64,000 nucleotides of DNA, taken from the NCBI GenBank assembly GCA_039714155.1, contig JBDLJX010000001.1, forward strand, positions 65,257 to 129,256, read 5' to 3'. Origin of the DNA: Pseudomonadota bacterium. GTDB taxonomy: Bacteria > Pseudomonadota > Gammaproteobacteria > UBA9214. The notes beneath the pieces were generated by a model. The model saw nothing but the letters and a program-made list of their open reading frames with translations. It was not told the origin of the DNA and searched no databases. Every line of letters starts with the position of its first letter. Position 1 is the first letter of the stretch. Made by a program: the position numbers and the translations under genes. Shown here one piece after another: positions 63,720 through 64,000 of the stretch.

Positions 63720-64000
63720 TTACGCCTCGCCCTTGCCTTCGGCCGGTGCTGCTTCTGCTGCTGCCGGTTCAGCCGCTGGTGCCTCCTTTGCTGCCGGTTC
63801 AGCCGGTGCTGCCTCCGCTGCTGCCGGCTTGGTCGCTTCAGCCGGAATTTCCCCGGCCTTTGCCCCGGCCTTCTTGCGAGGCGCCGCTTTCTTCTTCACG
63901 GCAACCTTCCTGGCTGTTTTTTTGCGTGCCGGCGCCTTTTTCGGCGCGGTCTTGCCGCCTTCATCCAGCTCGACAAACTCGTCTTCTGCCTCACCCGATA
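63720..64000 (-). CDS. rpsB: Partial CDS (C-terminal 93 aa): low-complexity Ala/Glu/Pro/Lys-rich tail, probably a C-terminal extension of ribosomal protein S2
   Basis: The minus-strand frame ends ...KKAAPRKKAGAKAGEIPAEATKPAAAEAAPAEPAAKEAPAAEPAAAEAAPAEGKGEA* with TAA at about 63720. No globular S2 sequence is in the window. The assignment rests on the universally conserved rpsB-tsf adjacency. Confidence 0.45.
   Translation of the reverse strand, partial: SGEAEDEFVELDEGGKTAPKKAPARKKTARKVAVKKKAAPRKKAGAKAGEIPAEATKPAAAEAAPAEPAAKEAPAAEPAAAEAAPAEGKGEA

Overview
This is a 64 kb chromosomal window from a high-GC gammaproteobacterium. Gene order is strongly Pseudomonas-like, but the proteins are too divergent to name a genus. 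I found no tRNA, rRNA or CRISPR array. Coordinates of features that are not CDS (repeats, RNA, terminators, operators) were derived by hand and are approximate to +/- 3 nt.

**Conserved backbone (about 70% of the window).** From 30.5 kb to 64 kb, almost everything is on the minus strand in the order rpsB(partial)-tsf-pyrH-frr-uppS-cdsA-dxr-rseP-bamA-skp-lpxD-fabZ-lpxA-lpxB-rnhB | dnaE-accA-tilS-pyrG-kdsA-eno-ftsB-ispD-ispF-truD | surE-pcm-(YqaA-like)-nlpD-rpoS. This is collinear with P. aeruginosa PA3656..PA3622. Other housekeeping modules are hinT-like/recR/ybaB/dnaX with an SRP (4.5S) RNA gene upstream, dnaQ-rnhA-methyltransferase divergent from mltD, prfB-lysS, recJ, and alaC-like/hom/thrC. 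The prfB gene carries the canonical programmed +1 frameshift.

**Accessory segment (about 1.8-15 kb).**
- A rhomboid-family intramembrane protease with rhombosortase hallmarks sits 42 nt downstream of a 696-aa secreted VIT+VWA protein. That protein ends in a textbook GlyGly-CTERM sorting signal (GGG, hydrophobic helix, RRQPRVRS).
- A TolC-family outer-membrane protein gene follows on the same strand.
- A divergently transcribed TetR-family regulator gene lies upstream. The shared intergenic region carries four copies of an inverted-repeat operator (TGAAC-N3-GTTCAAT).
- A second signal-peptide protein 6 kb away (1835..2878) ends in a Gly6-Cys-hydrophobic-RRQR tail and is a candidate second substrate.
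- Other genes here are PPK2, an NhaD-like antiporter, a small cytochrome c and a stand-alone pterin-4a-carbinolamine dehydratase.

**Repeats.** At least four families of REP-like palindromic repeats are present (called A-D here). A fifth, larger element of about 270 bp with nested inverted repeats (E) lies in the eno-ftsB spacer. That spacer is almost entirely palindromic insertions, including a REP copy itself split by a 100-bp palindromic insert.
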